Positions 35,583 through 45,229 of a DNA stretch of 49,703 bases are shown here, one piece after another (positions within the stretch are counted from its first letter, which is position 1; each line of letters opens with the position of its first letter). The notes below the pieces were generated by a model. The model was not told the origin of the DNA, made no database searches, and was given only the letters and a program-made list of their open reading frames with translations. The DNA lies in assembly GCA_041859005.1 (NCBI GenBank), contig JBHELA010000368.1, positions 1 through 49,703 of the forward strand, written 5' to 3'. Origin of the DNA: Ignavibacteria bacterium (GTDB lineage Bacteria; Bacteroidota; Ignavibacteria; Tepidaquicellales; Tepidaquicellaceae). A program made the translations under genes and the position numbers.

Positions 35583-36041
35583 TTGAAAAAAGACGATATA
35601 TTGCTGTTCAAACATAAAGTTCAGGTGCGTGTCAGGACGTGGGAAGTGGATTGGCAGGGGATAGTCCACAATTCTTATTACCTGAGGTACATGGAAATCG
35701 GGAGACTCGAATACAGAAGAGCTTTCGGGTATGATCTCAGCCCAGACGGTACTTTTAATGACGGACTCAAAGTATTTGTTGTTCATAATTCGGTTGATTA
35801 TCATGCTGTTGCTACTCTTGACGATGTTCTTGATGTTTATACCAGGGTTTCGTGGATAAAGAATTCAAGTTTTTGTTTTGAACATGTTATTGTGAGACAT
35901 AAGGGCAGTTCTTTACTTTCTACAGGTAAAGGAATTCTTGTGAACGTAGATTTTAAAACCAACCGCCCGGTTCCACTTCCTCTTATTTTTGTTGATGAAA
36001 TTAAGCAGTACGAAATCGAGTGTAATGTAATTAGAGAATAA
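35583..36041 (+). CDS. Acyl-CoA thioesterase (4HBT/YbgC hotdog fold)
   Basis: VRVRTWEVDWQGIVHNSYYLRYMEIGRLEYRRAFG is typical of the YbgC/4HBT family. TTG start. Confidence 0.8.
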   Translation: MKKDDILLFKHKVQVRVRTWEVDWQGIVHNSYYLRYMEIGRLEYRRAFGYDLSPDGTFNDGLKVFVVHNSVDYHAVATLDDVLDVYTRVSWIKNSSFCFEHVIVRHKGSSLLSTGKGILVNVDFKTNRPVPLPLIFVDEIKQYEIECNVIRE

Positions 36042-36044
36042 AAA

Positions 36045-36064
36045 AAGGCATCAGATGATGCCTT
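36045..36064. terminator. Bidirectional hairpin terminator
   Basis: aaggcatc-agat-gatgcctt between convergent genes. Confidence 0.6.
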
Positions 36065-36085
36065 AAAAATCTATTTACATGTGTA

Positions 36086-36985
36086 TTATTTAGCAAGAAT
36101 CATTTTACGGACTTCCGTTCTTGAATCAGTTTTTATCCTGTAAAAGTAAATTCCGCTCGGTAATTCAGAAGCATTAAATTCTGTTGTATGAGTACCTGCA
36201 TTTCTGTTCTCGTCTATAAGTGTTTTTACTTCTCTTCCAAGCCTGTCATAAACTGTAAGCTTAACATATGAGCTTTCCTGAAGTGTAAAACTTATCGTAG
36301 TAGCAGGATTAAACGGATTCGGATAGTTTTTAGCATTAAAGTAAGATTCCTTGTCATTTATAGAAGTGTTCGAATCCTTTTCACTTTGTGTAAAGTTGTC
36401 CTTGTTCTGAATTTCGGAAATGAGTGCTAAACCTGTTGTAAATTTCGAATCTTTATAGTTTTTTCCCGTTTCATATTCAAACTGAATACCAATTGCTTCT
36501 TCTTCAGTCACGGTGAAATCATCATCAAACTTTGAAACAATGCTGAAGTTATCTTCGTCAAGCTTAATCTTTACTTCCTTCCAGCCGCTAAAATTAAGAG
36601 AAACAGGTTTCGAAATTAGAAGTATATCTTTGTCGTCATTATACTTTCCGTTATTATCTATATCGTATATTATTTGTACTTTTACTGTTGCGTCGTTGTT
36701 AACTCCTTGAAGCATAAAGTTCAGATAGTTTCCTGCTGAAAGAAGGAGGGAAGAGTATTTTGTCACCTTTCCGGCGTAAGAACTGGATTTTATTATTTGG
36801 GTTGTAAAAATTTCAACAAATCCGTTTTCTTTGTTATCTTCGTCGTGAGAATACTTCATTTCGACTCCGCCCCAAATCCATGAACTTAAGTCCTTTTTCG
36901 AAAAATCATCGAATGTTTTGACCTGAGAATATAAAGTAGAAGTTAACAAAATAAATACAATTAAGATTAGACTTATTTTCTTCAT
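36086..36985 (-). CDS. Secreted protein with T9SS C-terminal sorting domain
   Basis: Signal peptide. C-terminus KNYPNPFNPATTISF...LTVYDRLGREV...SGIYFYRIK. Confidence 0.7.
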   Translation of the reverse strand: MKKISLILIVFILLTSTLYSQVKTFDDFSKKDLSSWIWGGVEMKYSHDEDNKENGFVEIFTTQIIKSSSYAGKVTKYSSLLLSAGNYLNFMLQGVNNDATVKVQIIYDIDNNGKYNDDKDILLISKPVSLNFSGWKEVKIKLDEDNFSIVSKFDDDFTVTEEEAIGIQFEYETGKNYKDSKFTTGLALISEIQNKDNFTQSEKDSNTSINDKESYFNAKNYPNPFNPATTISFTLQESSYVKLTVYDRLGREVKTLIDENRNAGTHTTEFNASELPSGIYFYRIKTDSRTEVRKMILAK

Positions 36986-37014
36986 TGATAAAAATCCTAT
37001 TTAATTAGTAAAAT

Positions 37015-37443
37015 TTATTTAATGACAGTCATTCTCTTAACGGAAGTGAATCCATTAATTTGAAGCTTGTAAAGATAAACACCGGAAGTTAAGTCTGTAG
37101 CGTTAAATTCTACTTCATAGTTTCCTGGTGACTGTTTCTCGTAAACAAGCATCGCGACTTCCTGTCCGACCAGGTTATAGACCGAAAGGGAAACAGTTCC
37201 TTCTTTCTGAATCTTGTAACTTATTTTGGTCGTAGGATTAAACGGGTTTGGAAAATTCTGAAAAAGTTTGTAGTCGTCCGACTGCATGGAATTAAATTTC
37301 CCTGCACTTGTCGGATCTGAGTTGAAGTGTTCGTTATTATCGGCATAAATTTTTGTGCCGGTAAGAAAGATCACTAACAAAAGAAATATGTTTAATCCTT
37401 TTTTCATCCTTTTTAAAATATGTAATCCAAACTTAAAATTCAA
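37015..37443 (-). CDS. Minimal T9SS-CTD protein (signal peptide + short linker + sorting domain)
   Basis: QNFPNPFNPTTKISY...LSVYNLVGQEV...SGVYLYKLQ occupies most of the mature chain. The likely true start is Met13 (37407, MKKGLNIFLLL). Confidence 0.65.
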   Translation of the reverse strand: MNFKFGLHILKRMKKGLNIFLLLVIFLTGTKIYADNNEHFNSDPTSAGKFNSMQSDDYKLFQNFPNPFNPTTKISYKIQKEGTVSLSVYNLVGQEVAMLVYEKQSPGNYEVEFNATDLTSGVYLYKLQINGFTSVKRMTVIK

Positions 37444-37519
37444 TATATTAACAAATATTATTTTAGATGTTTATTATTTTACACGCTTTTGCTGAATTTG
37501 TTTCAATTTAATTGCATTT

Positions 37520-37550
37520 TTCTGAAAAAGGCCCATTTCTGAGCCTTTTT
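37520..37550 (-). terminator. Terminator downstream of htrA
   Basis: aaaaaggc-N10-gccttttt stem with a T-run on the minus strand. Confidence 0.55.
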
Positions 37551-37564
37551 CAATAAATAATTGT

Positions 37565-39067
37565 TTATTGTACTTCGATGGCAACCAAACGGATATCTTT
37601 CATCTGGGTAGCAACCTTAAATACTATAACATCTCCTTTGTTTTTTCCGCTGAGAATATCTTCAATATCGGAAATACTTCTGACTGGCTTTTTATCTGCT
37701 TCAACGATAACATATCCTGAACGTAACCCTCTGTTAAATGCTTCGGAAAAATGTGCTACATCCTTAACTAACACACCAAATTCAACCTCATTTAACTTTT
37801 TAGCAGCTTCAGTAAGATCAGTTACAACTAATCCTAAACTTTCAAATTTTTTAATCGTACTTGCTGTTTCTTCCTTGTTTTCATTCTGGGCATTATTATT
37901 TACTACTAAATCTTCCGTTCTTGGCTTTAGTTTCACGGAGAAGTCCATTGTCTTTCCGTCTCTGTACACCACAAGCAAAGCTGTTTCTCCGGGTCTCTTC
38001 GAACCTATTATTGTCTGAAGTTCATTAGCTGCATTAACGTCTTTGCCGTCCACACTAAATACAATATCCCCGGTTTTTAAACCTGCATCATCGCCTGCTC
38101 CGCCTTTTATTACATTTTGAATCAGAACTCCTTTTGCTTTTTCAAGACCGAGTCCCTTTGCCTCTTTTGAATCAACATCTTTGATAGATACTCCAATATA
38201 TCCTCTTTCTATTTTTCCGTTCTTGATAAGTTCAGAAGCTACATTCTTTGCTATGTTTATAGGAATTGCAAAACCATATCCCTGATAATATCCGGTAGTA
38301 GTTTTTATGGCAGCATTTATTCCTACAACGAGTCCGTTTATATCAACGAGTGCTCCGCCGCTGTTACCCGGATTTATTACAGCATCAGTCTGTATAAAAT
38401 TATTGATTGCATAACTGTTGCCGTCAATATTAATATTCCTGCCTAATGCTGATACAATTCCTGCAGTTACTGTATTGTTAAGACCCATTGGATTTCCAAT
38501 CGCAAGTACCCATTGTCCGACCTGAACATTATCAGAATTACCGACAGAGCTTACAGTAAGATTATCAGCGTCAATTTTAATAACTGCAATGTCAGTATTT
38601 GGATCTGTACCGATAAGTTTGGCAGTATATTCTCTTTTATCGCTTAATATTACTTTTATCCCGTTTTCGTCTGCTTTTGAGACAACATGGTTGTTCGTAA
38701 TAATGTATCCGTCCTTGCTGATTATAACGCCTGAACCGGAACCATGCTGCGGCATGTTATCAGGCATTTGCATATCAGGTCCGAAAAAGAACTGAAAGTT
38801 CTTGTCCATCTCTTCATTATTCTGTTTCGATTTACCTGTTACATCTATAAAAACAACAGAAGGCGTTACAATTTTTGAAATTTCCACAAACGCATCGTTT
38901 AGTCCCTTCAGGTCAGTGCTCGTCTGTACTGGGGGAGCAGTCTGGAAATCAATCTGTGAATCTGCCACGAGAGATTTCACATTGCTGAAATTAACAACCA
39001 TCGCTGCGCCGAATGCGAGCGCAAATACAAATAAAAATGCACTCACAAATATTGCTTTTTTTGACAT
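37565..39067 (-). CDS. htrA: Do/HtrA-family serine endopeptidase with two PDZ domains
   Basis: TNNHV (His), DIAVIKI (Asp) and GNSGGAL (Ser) catalytic motifs. PDZ-like GVLIQNVIKGGAGDDAGLKTGDIV. Confidence 0.9.
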   Translation of the reverse strand: MSKKAIFVSAFLFVFALAFGAAMVVNFSNVKSLVADSQIDFQTAPPVQTSTDLKGLNDAFVEISKIVTPSVVFIDVTGKSKQNNEEMDKNFQFFFGPDMQMPDNMPQHGSGSGVIISKDGYIITNNHVVSKADENGIKVILSDKREYTAKLIGTDPNTDIAVIKIDADNLTVSSVGNSDNVQVGQWVLAIGNPMGLNNTVTAGIVSALGRNINIDGNSYAINNFIQTDAVINPGNSGGALVDINGLVVGINAAIKTTTGYYQGYGFAIPINIAKNVASELIKNGKIERGYIGVSIKDVDSKEAKGLGLEKAKGVLIQNVIKGGAGDDAGLKTGDIVFSVDGKDVNAANELQTIIGSKRPGETALLVVYRDGKTMDFSVKLKPRTEDLVVNNNAQNENKEETASTIKKFESLGLVVTDLTEAAKKLNEVEFGVLVKDVAHFSEAFNRGLRSGYVIVEADKKPVRSISDIEDILSGKNKGDVIVFKVATQMKDIRLVAIEVQ

Positions 39068-39129
39068 GATTTTTAGTCTCCTTTACTTTATAATTTTAAT
39101 TTCAAATAAAAAGTAAATTATCTTCATAT

Positions 39130-39861
39130 TTAATGTTTTTTTGATAATTCGTCTATTATTTGCCTATTCCTGCTGTGACCGTATTTTCCTGTATTAATCA
39201 TAAAATGAAAATCGTATGCATTCTGTAATCTGTTCAATAATTTTTCGTCCATTTTAACTCTTTCAAATTCAAAAGGTTCCGTTTTATTCAGTTCGCTTAT
39301 GGCGTCATTGATTTCTTTGCCTTCGAATAAATTCCTGCTTGAAACAGAATCCTTATCTCTTAAAACAAATTTATTGTCCAGATAATTTCTTGTTTCTTCA
39401 GTTCTTCCGGGATTTATCCCTTGTATAAAAGCAAACTTAACCTGGTACATAATGAATAATAAATCAAAGCTGTTTACTGATAATTCAAGTGTATTAAGCA
39501 CATCCCGCAACAGATTAAATACTTCCTTACTTACATCATACTCATACATCATACTTGAAGTCAGTTCGGAAATCCTGTAAGCGGTCATTAGTTTTTCGAA
39601 ATTTTCTTTAACATTCGGAAATGAAGAAATAGAATCTGCATTCGATATCGTCTGAAGGTCTCGGTTGTCCTTCTTGTTGAAAATTACGCTTACATGATTC
39701 AGCGTTTCGAAAATACCGCTTAATTTCGACTTTGAATTTCGTACACCTTTCACAATAGCAGAAAATTTACCGGCTTCTGTGGAGAACAGAGTAACAATCT
39801 TACTCGAGTCTCCGTACTTAAATCCTTTGAGAATTATTGCTTCAGTTTTTATATTACTCAT
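39130..39861 (-). CDS. recO: DNA repair protein RecO
   Basis: The N-terminal OB-fold TEAIILKGFKYGDSSKIVTLFSTEAGKFSAIVKGVR is typical of RecO. Confidence 0.85.
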   Translation of the reverse strand: MSNIKTEAIILKGFKYGDSSKIVTLFSTEAGKFSAIVKGVRNSKSKLSGIFETLNHVSVIFNKKDNRDLQTISNADSISSFPNVKENFEKLMTAYRISELTSSMMYEYDVSKEVFNLLRDVLNTLELSVNSFDLLFIMYQVKFAFIQGINPGRTEETRNYLDNKFVLRDKDSVSSRNLFEGKEINDAISELNKTEPFEFERVKMDEKLLNRLQNAYDFHFMINTGKYGHSRNRQIIDELSKKH

Positions 39862-39888
39862 ACGGATTCCCTGTAAAAAAAGTTACAG

Positions 39889-40842
39889 TTAAAGAGATAC
39901 TGTTTCGAAATGAGTGAGGTTTCTGAATTCCTCAAACCTCTTCATAATTCTTTCCTTTGTGAGATGTCTTATACCGTCAAGTGAAAATTTTTCTACAGCA
40001 AGTGATGCCATAACGCTGCCATAAACTATAGCCAGTTTTAAATTAGCAGGGGAGATGTCTTTAGTCTTTGTGAGCCAACCCATAAATCCGCCTGCAAAAG
40101 TGTCACCGGCTCCCGTCGGGTCAAAAACCTGTTCAAGAAGAAAAGCCGGAACACTGAATAAAACGTCCTTTGTTATTAGCAGTGCGCCGTGTTCTCCTTT
40201 TTTAATAATCAGCATCTTTGGTCCCATGGAAAATATTTTCTTTGCTGCCAGCAGAAGATTGTTTTCTTCTGCGAGCATCTTTGCCTCTGAATCGTTTATA
40301 ACCATCATATCAACGAGCTTCATTGTTTCTTTTAATGCATCCAGCTTACCCTCTATCCAGAAATTCATCGTATCAATCATTATAAATTTTGGATTTATTA
40401 ACTGTTTAATTACTTTTTTCTGAATTTCAGGATTCACATTTCCGAGACAGACAAACTCACTATCCTTGAAACTTTCCGGAATAGTAGGATTAAAATCCTC
40501 AAAAGCGTTAAGCTCTGTTTTAATTGAGTCTCTGTGATTCATATCAGTATGGTATCTGCCATGCCAATGAAACGTTTTTTTGCTTTTAGAAATCTCAAGA
40601 CCGGCCATATTTATGCCTTTCGAGGTTAGAAAATCTATTTCTTCGGTAGGGAAGTCAGTTCCGACTATTCCAACCAGTTTTACTCCGTCAACAAAATAAC
40701 TTGCAGTTGTCGAAATGAATGTCGCTGAACCTCCCAGCGTATATTCTGCTTTACCAAATGGCGTTTCAATTGTATCTAATGCCAAAGATCCGATTACAAG
40801 TAAGCTCATTATGTTTGTTTTGATGTTATTAAATTTGTCCAA
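39889..40842 (-). CDS. PfkB-family carbohydrate kinase
   Basis: DPTGAGDTFAGGF ATP-binding signature and an N-terminal GSLALDT motif. Confidence 0.8.
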   Translation of the reverse strand: MDKFNNIKTNIMSLLVIGSLALDTIETPFGKAEYTLGGSATFISTTASYFVDGVKLVGIVGTDFPTEEIDFLTSKGINMAGLEISKSKKTFHWHGRYHTDMNHRDSIKTELNAFEDFNPTIPESFKDSEFVCLGNVNPEIQKKVIKQLINPKFIMIDTMNFWIEGKLDALKETMKLVDMMVINDSEAKMLAEENNLLLAAKKIFSMGPKMLIIKKGEHGALLITKDVLFSVPAFLLEQVFDPTGAGDTFAGGFMGWLTKTKDISPANLKLAIVYGSVMASLAVEKFSLDGIRHLTKERIMKRFEEFRNLTHFETVSL

Positions 40843-40930
40843 AATTAATTCTTAATTTCGTAAAGCGAAATGAAATTATAAATTTATTTTTGATTTATTT
40901 ATAGTTAAATTGTTATAAATAAATAATTCT

Positions 40931-41260
40931 ATGGACGAAGTACAGCAACAAGGTCAAATTAATATTGAACTAGGAGAAAAGGAAGCAGAGGGGAATTACT
41001 CGAATTTAGCAATTATTTCGCATTCGGGAGCAGAATTTATAATTGATTTCACAAGAATTCTTCCGGGTGTGCCAAAAGCCAAAGTGCACTCTCGAATTAT
41101 TATGACTCCTCAGCATTGTAAAATGTTCTTAAACGCAATGCGGGATAATATCGAGAGGTTTGAAGCCCAGTACGGCGAGATTAAGTTAATAGGAATGTCG
41201 AATGATAATGCATTTGGATTTCAACTGCCTGTTAAACCAACGAATGAAAAAGTCAATTAA
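40931..41260 (+). CDS. DUF3467-like small protein
   Basis: YSNLAIISHSGAEFIIDF...RIIMTPQHCKMFLNAMRDNIERFEAQYGEI matches my recollection of DUF3467. Confidence 0.65.
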   Translation: MDEVQQQGQINIELGEKEAEGNYSNLAIISHSGAEFIIDFTRILPGVPKAKVHSRIIMTPQHCKMFLNAMRDNIERFEAQYGEIKLIGMSNDNAFGFQLPVKPTNEKVN

Positions 41261-42369
41261 TATCGGTTTAATCTGTAGAAATTATAAAGGGATACTGCAA
41301 GAAACATAATATTTGCCAGCCAGGCAGTTAGTATAGGATTAACATCTCCGTTATATCCGAAGACCTGAGAAATTTTTACGAATCCAAGGTATATAAAACT
41401 AACAATCAGGCTTATTCCAAAATGAAGTGCAGCTCCTCCTTTTCGTCTGTTCGAGGTTATAGAAACTCCGAACACAATTGTAATTAAGTTGGCAAAAGGG
41501 AAAGATATCGTTGAATAGTAGTCGACCTTTTCTTTTGCAGCATTCTGACCGTTCGCCTCAAGATTTTCAATAAATATCTTAAATTCAGTTAAATCTAGTT
41601 CTTCAGGACGTAATCTTTGTTTTTCAATTTGTTCCGGCTCCAGTTTGATCTTGTCAAACCCATGCAGTGCTGTCAACAAAGTATCCTTTACTATAACAAG
41701 ATTTTCATTGTCAGGTTTCTTAAATGTTCTTAGAAATCCTTCATTTACAATCCAGTCTTTTCTATTCGAATCCCATTTCATACTAACTATATCAAGCCTC
41801 TTTTCGGTTGAATATAATGTATCTTTATTAAATATTTTAATTAAAGTACTTCCGCATGTTTGTTCCGTTTTATTATAATAATTTATAATAATTATGCGGT
41901 TTATATTATTTTGAATATAGATATTCTCTGTAACGTCAGAAATGAGATTTCTACCAAGTATTTTTCGTTCAAAATCATACTTTAAGCGGTTTGCATCAGG
42001 TACAACCCAGCCGTTAAAATATACGGAAAAAAGCGTAATTACTAATCCAAATACCATAATCGGCAATAAATATCTGTAGATTGATATTCCTGCAGATTTC
42101 ATTGCAGTTAATTCTGAGTAATTAACGAACCTGCTAATTGTAAATAAGGAAGCTAAAAGCATACCTATCGGAGTAATTAATTTCAGAATATCCGGAATAA
42201 AGTACATGTAATACAAAGAAAGCATTCCAAGGGACAAGTTCTTATCAATGAATCTATCTAAATTTTCGAAAAGATCAACTAAAATGAAAATAATTACAAA
42301 ACAGAATATCCCAAATATTAAATTCTGAATAAAGCTACGTAAAATGTATTTGTCAAGAAGTTTCATCAA
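41257..42369 (-). CDS. LptF/LptG-family LPS export permease
   Basis: The N-terminus MKLLDKYILRSF, a 6-TM layout and a central periplasmic domain are typical of YjgP/YjgQ. Confidence 0.8.
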   Translation of the reverse strand: MMKLLDKYILRSFIQNLIFGIFCFVIIFILVDLFENLDRFIDKNLSLGMLSLYYMYFIPDILKLITPIGMLLASLFTISRFVNYSELTAMKSAGISIYRYLLPIMVFGLVITLFSVYFNGWVVPDANRLKYDFERKILGRNLISDVTENIYIQNNINRIIIINYYNKTEQTCGSTLIKIFNKDTLYSTEKRLDIVSMKWDSNRKDWIVNEGFLRTFKKPDNENLVIVKDTLLTALHGFDKIKLEPEQIEKQRLRPEELDLTEFKIFIENLEANGQNAAKEKVDYYSTISFPFANLITIVFGVSITSNRRKGGAALHFGISLIVSFIYLGFVKISQVFGYNGDVNPILTAWLANIMFLAVSLYNFYRLNRY

Positions 42370-42875
42370 TTAAAACAAAAATAATCTTAATATTTATAAC
42401 ATACAATTAAGAAATAAATTGAATGGCATTGAAAGAGGGAAGTTTAGGATATTATTGTTTCATAATGATTTTTAAGTGTTATTAACAAAATATATGTTTC
42501 TTACTTTACATAATACATATTATAATACAATATTATTAACATTCTCTTTTTTACCGTAAATGCTTTTAACGTTCTTTATTGCGAGGTTTTTGAAAAACAA
42601 TTTTTCTTATTGTACGTTTAATAAACAATTTGAATAAACAAAAATAGTTATTTATGTTGCAGAGTATTTAGAAAACATATTAATATAAATAGAGATTCTT
42701 TTACAAAATTCTTTGTTTGCAGTTTTAATTATTTACAGCTTATTTTTACTAACAATTTCCGTTCTAATTTTGTGTCTTAAACTTGTCAGTTATACAATTT
42801 TCATTTTCCAATAAATCTTAATCTTGAATTTGAAACGTCCTTCCGAATTAAATTTATTTTCATCAAATAAATGCC

Positions 42876-42883
42876 TAAATTTG
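42876..42883 (+). promoter_or_regulatory. TAAATTTG (-7-type promoter box) 13 nt upstream of nuoK
   Basis: Matches TAnnTTTG and lies at the end of a 527-nt AT-rich ORF-free gap. Confidence 0.3.
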
Positions 42884-42896
42884 CACAATTAATTTA

Positions 42897-43208
42897 TTGG
42901 AATTGGAATTAAATCTAAACTTATTTCTGGTATTAAGTGCTATACTATTCAGCATTGGCGTTGTGGGGGTTTTGGTACGCAGAAATGCCATAGTAATATT
43001 TATGTGCATTGAACTTATGTTAAATGCAATAAATTTGTCTCTTGTTTCATTTTCAAGCTTTCTAGGAAATGACAGCGGTCAAATCTTTGTTTTCTTTGTA
43101 CTTACTGTAGCAGCCGCTGAAGCAGCAGTTGGTCTGGCAATTGTTATTTCTCTCTACAGAAACAAAGAAACTCTTGATATTGATAAAATTAACATTTTAA
43201 AATGGTAG
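42897..43208 (+). CDS. nuoK: NADH-quinone oxidoreductase subunit K
   Basis: Three-TM protein of 103 aa. Carries the motifs [21 protein letters not shown] and [14 protein letters not shown] start. Confidence 0.9.
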   Translation: MELELNLNLFLVLSAILFSIGVVGVLVRRNAIVIFMCIELMLNAINLSLVSFSSFLGNDSGQIFVFFVLTVAAAEAAVGLAIVISLYRNKETLDIDKINILKW

Positions 43209-43212
43209 GCTG

Positions 43213-45120
43213 ATGCAGAATTACTTTATTTTAATCGTTTTTTTACCCCTTATTGGTTTCTTAATAAATTCACTTATCGGTAAGAAGTTAAATTCGGAAA
43301 AATTTTCCGGCTGGCTGTCTTCTCTGCTGGTTTTTGTGCCTTTTTTAATAGGTGTCTATTCATTATTTGAACTCCTTAAACTTCCGCCTGAATCCAGGAC
43401 TATCGTTTATAAATATTTCTCGTGGATTAGTGCTGGCAGTTTCAATCTCGATTATTCTTTCGTTTTAGATCCTTTGTCTCTCGTTATGATACTTGTTGTA
43501 ACTGGGATAGGATTCCTTATTCATGTATATTCTATTGGTTATATGCATGGAGATAAAGAATATGCCACCTTCTTTGCTTATCTGAATCTCTTTATTTTTG
43601 CTATGCTTCATCTTGTACTTGCAGATAATTTTCTTTTAATTTTCTTAGGCTGGGAAGGTGTAGGTCTATGCTCATATCTTCTGATAGGATTTTGGTATGA
43701 AAAAAAGTTTACTGGAGATGCTGCCAAAAAAGCTTTCGTTGTCAATAGAATCGGTGACTTTGGATTCATGATTGCAATGTTTCTGATTTTTGCAAACTTT
43801 GGAACTTTAAATATTTCCACTTTTTCAGGTAGTATTGCTGGTTTTTCTGTTAATAGTCCCCTTCTAGTGACTATTGCTTTGCTTTTCTTTCTTGGTGCAA
43901 CTGGTAAATCTGCTCAGATTCCTTTGTTCGTATGGCTTCCTGATGCTATGGCCGGTCCTACTCCTGTATCAGCTCTTATCCATGCTGCTACAATGGTCAC
44001 GGCTGGCATTTACCTTGTAGCACGTACATCTTTGCTTTATGCACTGGCACCAATGGCAAGCAATGTTATTCTTATAATAGGTATCGCAACTGCAATAATG
44101 TCGGCAACAATAGCTCTAAAACAAAATGATATTAAAAAGATTCTTGCATATTCAACTGTTTCTCAGCTTGGATTTATGTTTATAGCGCTCGGGACTCAAT
44201 CTTATGTTGCTGCTGTATTTCATCTTGTTACACATGCATTTTTTAAAGCGCTTATGTTTCTTGGAAGCGGTTCTGTTATCCACGGGATGCATGAGGAGCA
44301 GGATATTAGAAAAATGGGCGGACTTAAAAGTAAGATGAAGATTACGTACATTACTTTCCTTATGGGAGCGATTGCTATTTCAGGCATTCCTCCGTTCTCA
44401 GGATTTTTCAGTAAGGATGAAATTCTATATAAGACATTTATTAACGCAGGTGTTCTCCCCTATCTTCTCGTTCTTATAACAGCAGCTTTCACTGCTTTCT
44501 ATATGTTCAGGCTTGTAGGTCTTACATTCTTCGGTAAACCGCGTTACGATTCTCATATACATCCTCATGAATCACCTTCGACAATGACTGTACCACTAAT
44601 GATTCTTGCAGTGCTGTCAGTGTTCGGCGGATTCATCGGATTACCGCACATTTTTGGTTATAACGTTCTTGAACACTGGCTTGAACCTGTTTTTGCGAAT
44701 TCATATTCCGTAATACAAACCTGGCGCCCGGAATCAGTTCATGCTGTTTCAACTGAAATTATTTTAATAATTGTATCGATCGTTGTTGCTGCAACATCAA
44801 TTTTCATTTCATTCAGAAAATATTCAAAACAGGAATCATTCGAAGAAGAAAGAGGTTTTGGAAAAGTACTTGAGAATAAATATTATCTTGATGAAGTATA
44901 TGATAAGACTGTTGTCGAGCCAATATTCAAAACATCGGATGGTTTTCTCTGGAAGATATTCGATGTTAAGATTATTGACGGAATTGTTAACGGTGTAGCC
45001 ACCTTTACATCCCGCATAAGTTTTGACTGGAAGAAATTACAAACAGGAGTAATTCAGGACTACGGTACATTTGCTGTAGCAGGAGTAATTTTAATAATTC
45101 TATATTTCCTGTTCGTTTAA
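43213..45120 (+). CDS. nuoL: NADH-quinone oxidoreductase subunit L
   Basis: Antiporter-like subunit motifs (GWEGVGLCSYLLIGFW, KSAQIPLFVWLPDAMAGPTPVSALIHAATMV) and a C-terminal lateral helix region. 635 aa. Confidence 0.92.
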   Translation: MQNYFILIVFLPLIGFLINSLIGKKLNSEKFSGWLSSLLVFVPFLIGVYSLFELLKLPPESRTIVYKYFSWISAGSFNLDYSFVLDPLSLVMILVVTGIGFLIHVYSIGYMHGDKEYATFFAYLNLFIFAMLHLVLADNFLLIFLGWEGVGLCSYLLIGFWYEKKFTGDAAKKAFVVNRIGDFGFMIAMFLIFANFGTLNISTFSGSIAGFSVNSPLLVTIALLFFLGATGKSAQIPLFVWLPDAMAGPTPVSALIHAATMVTAGIYLVARTSLLYALAPMASNVILIIGIATAIMSATIALKQNDIKKILAYSTVSQLGFMFIALGTQSYVAAVFHLVTHAFFKALMFLGSGSVIHGMHEEQDIRKMGGLKSKMKITYITFLMGAIAISGIPPFSGFFSKDEILYKTFINAGVLPYLLVLITAAFTAFYMFRLVGLTFFGKPRYDSHIHPHESPSTMTVPLMILAVLSVFGGFIGLPHIFGYNVLEHWLEPVFANSYSVIQTWRPESVHAVSTEIILIIVSIVVAATSIFISFRKYSKQESFEEERGFGKVLENKYYLDEVYDKTVVEPIFKTSDGFLWKIFDVKIIDGIVNGVATFTSRISFDWKKLQTGVIQDYGTFAVAGVILIILYFLFV

Positions 45121-45139
45121 ATAAATTGCTTATTAAAAT

Positions 45140-45171
45140 AAAACCCGTTTGGTGTTCCCAAACGGGTTTTG
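45140..45171. terminator. Bidirectional terminator (nuoL / cytochrome c)
   Basis: aaacccgtttgg-tgttc-ccaaacgggttt. A 12-bp perfect stem with flanking A/T runs. Confidence 0.75.
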
Positions 45172-45229
45172 TCGTTATAACTAATATTAAGCTTTTAAAT
45201 AATAGTTAACCGGAAAAATCCACAGCCTA

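Noticed and set aside
35457-35804. 115-aa minus-strand ORF between the COG2403 gene and the thioesterase
   Set aside because: It overlaps the well-supported thioesterase gene on the opposite strand, and its sequence is AT-codon junk (NNKYF..., KNKNKITIFIILN).
42370-42896. Decayed nuoJ pseudogene or small-protein genes in the AT-rich gap before nuoK
   Set aside because: There are no ORFs of 60 aa or more in any frame. The short ORFs I read by eye showed no hydrophobic NuoJ-like segments. A decayed nuoJ cannot be excluded without a tblastn search.
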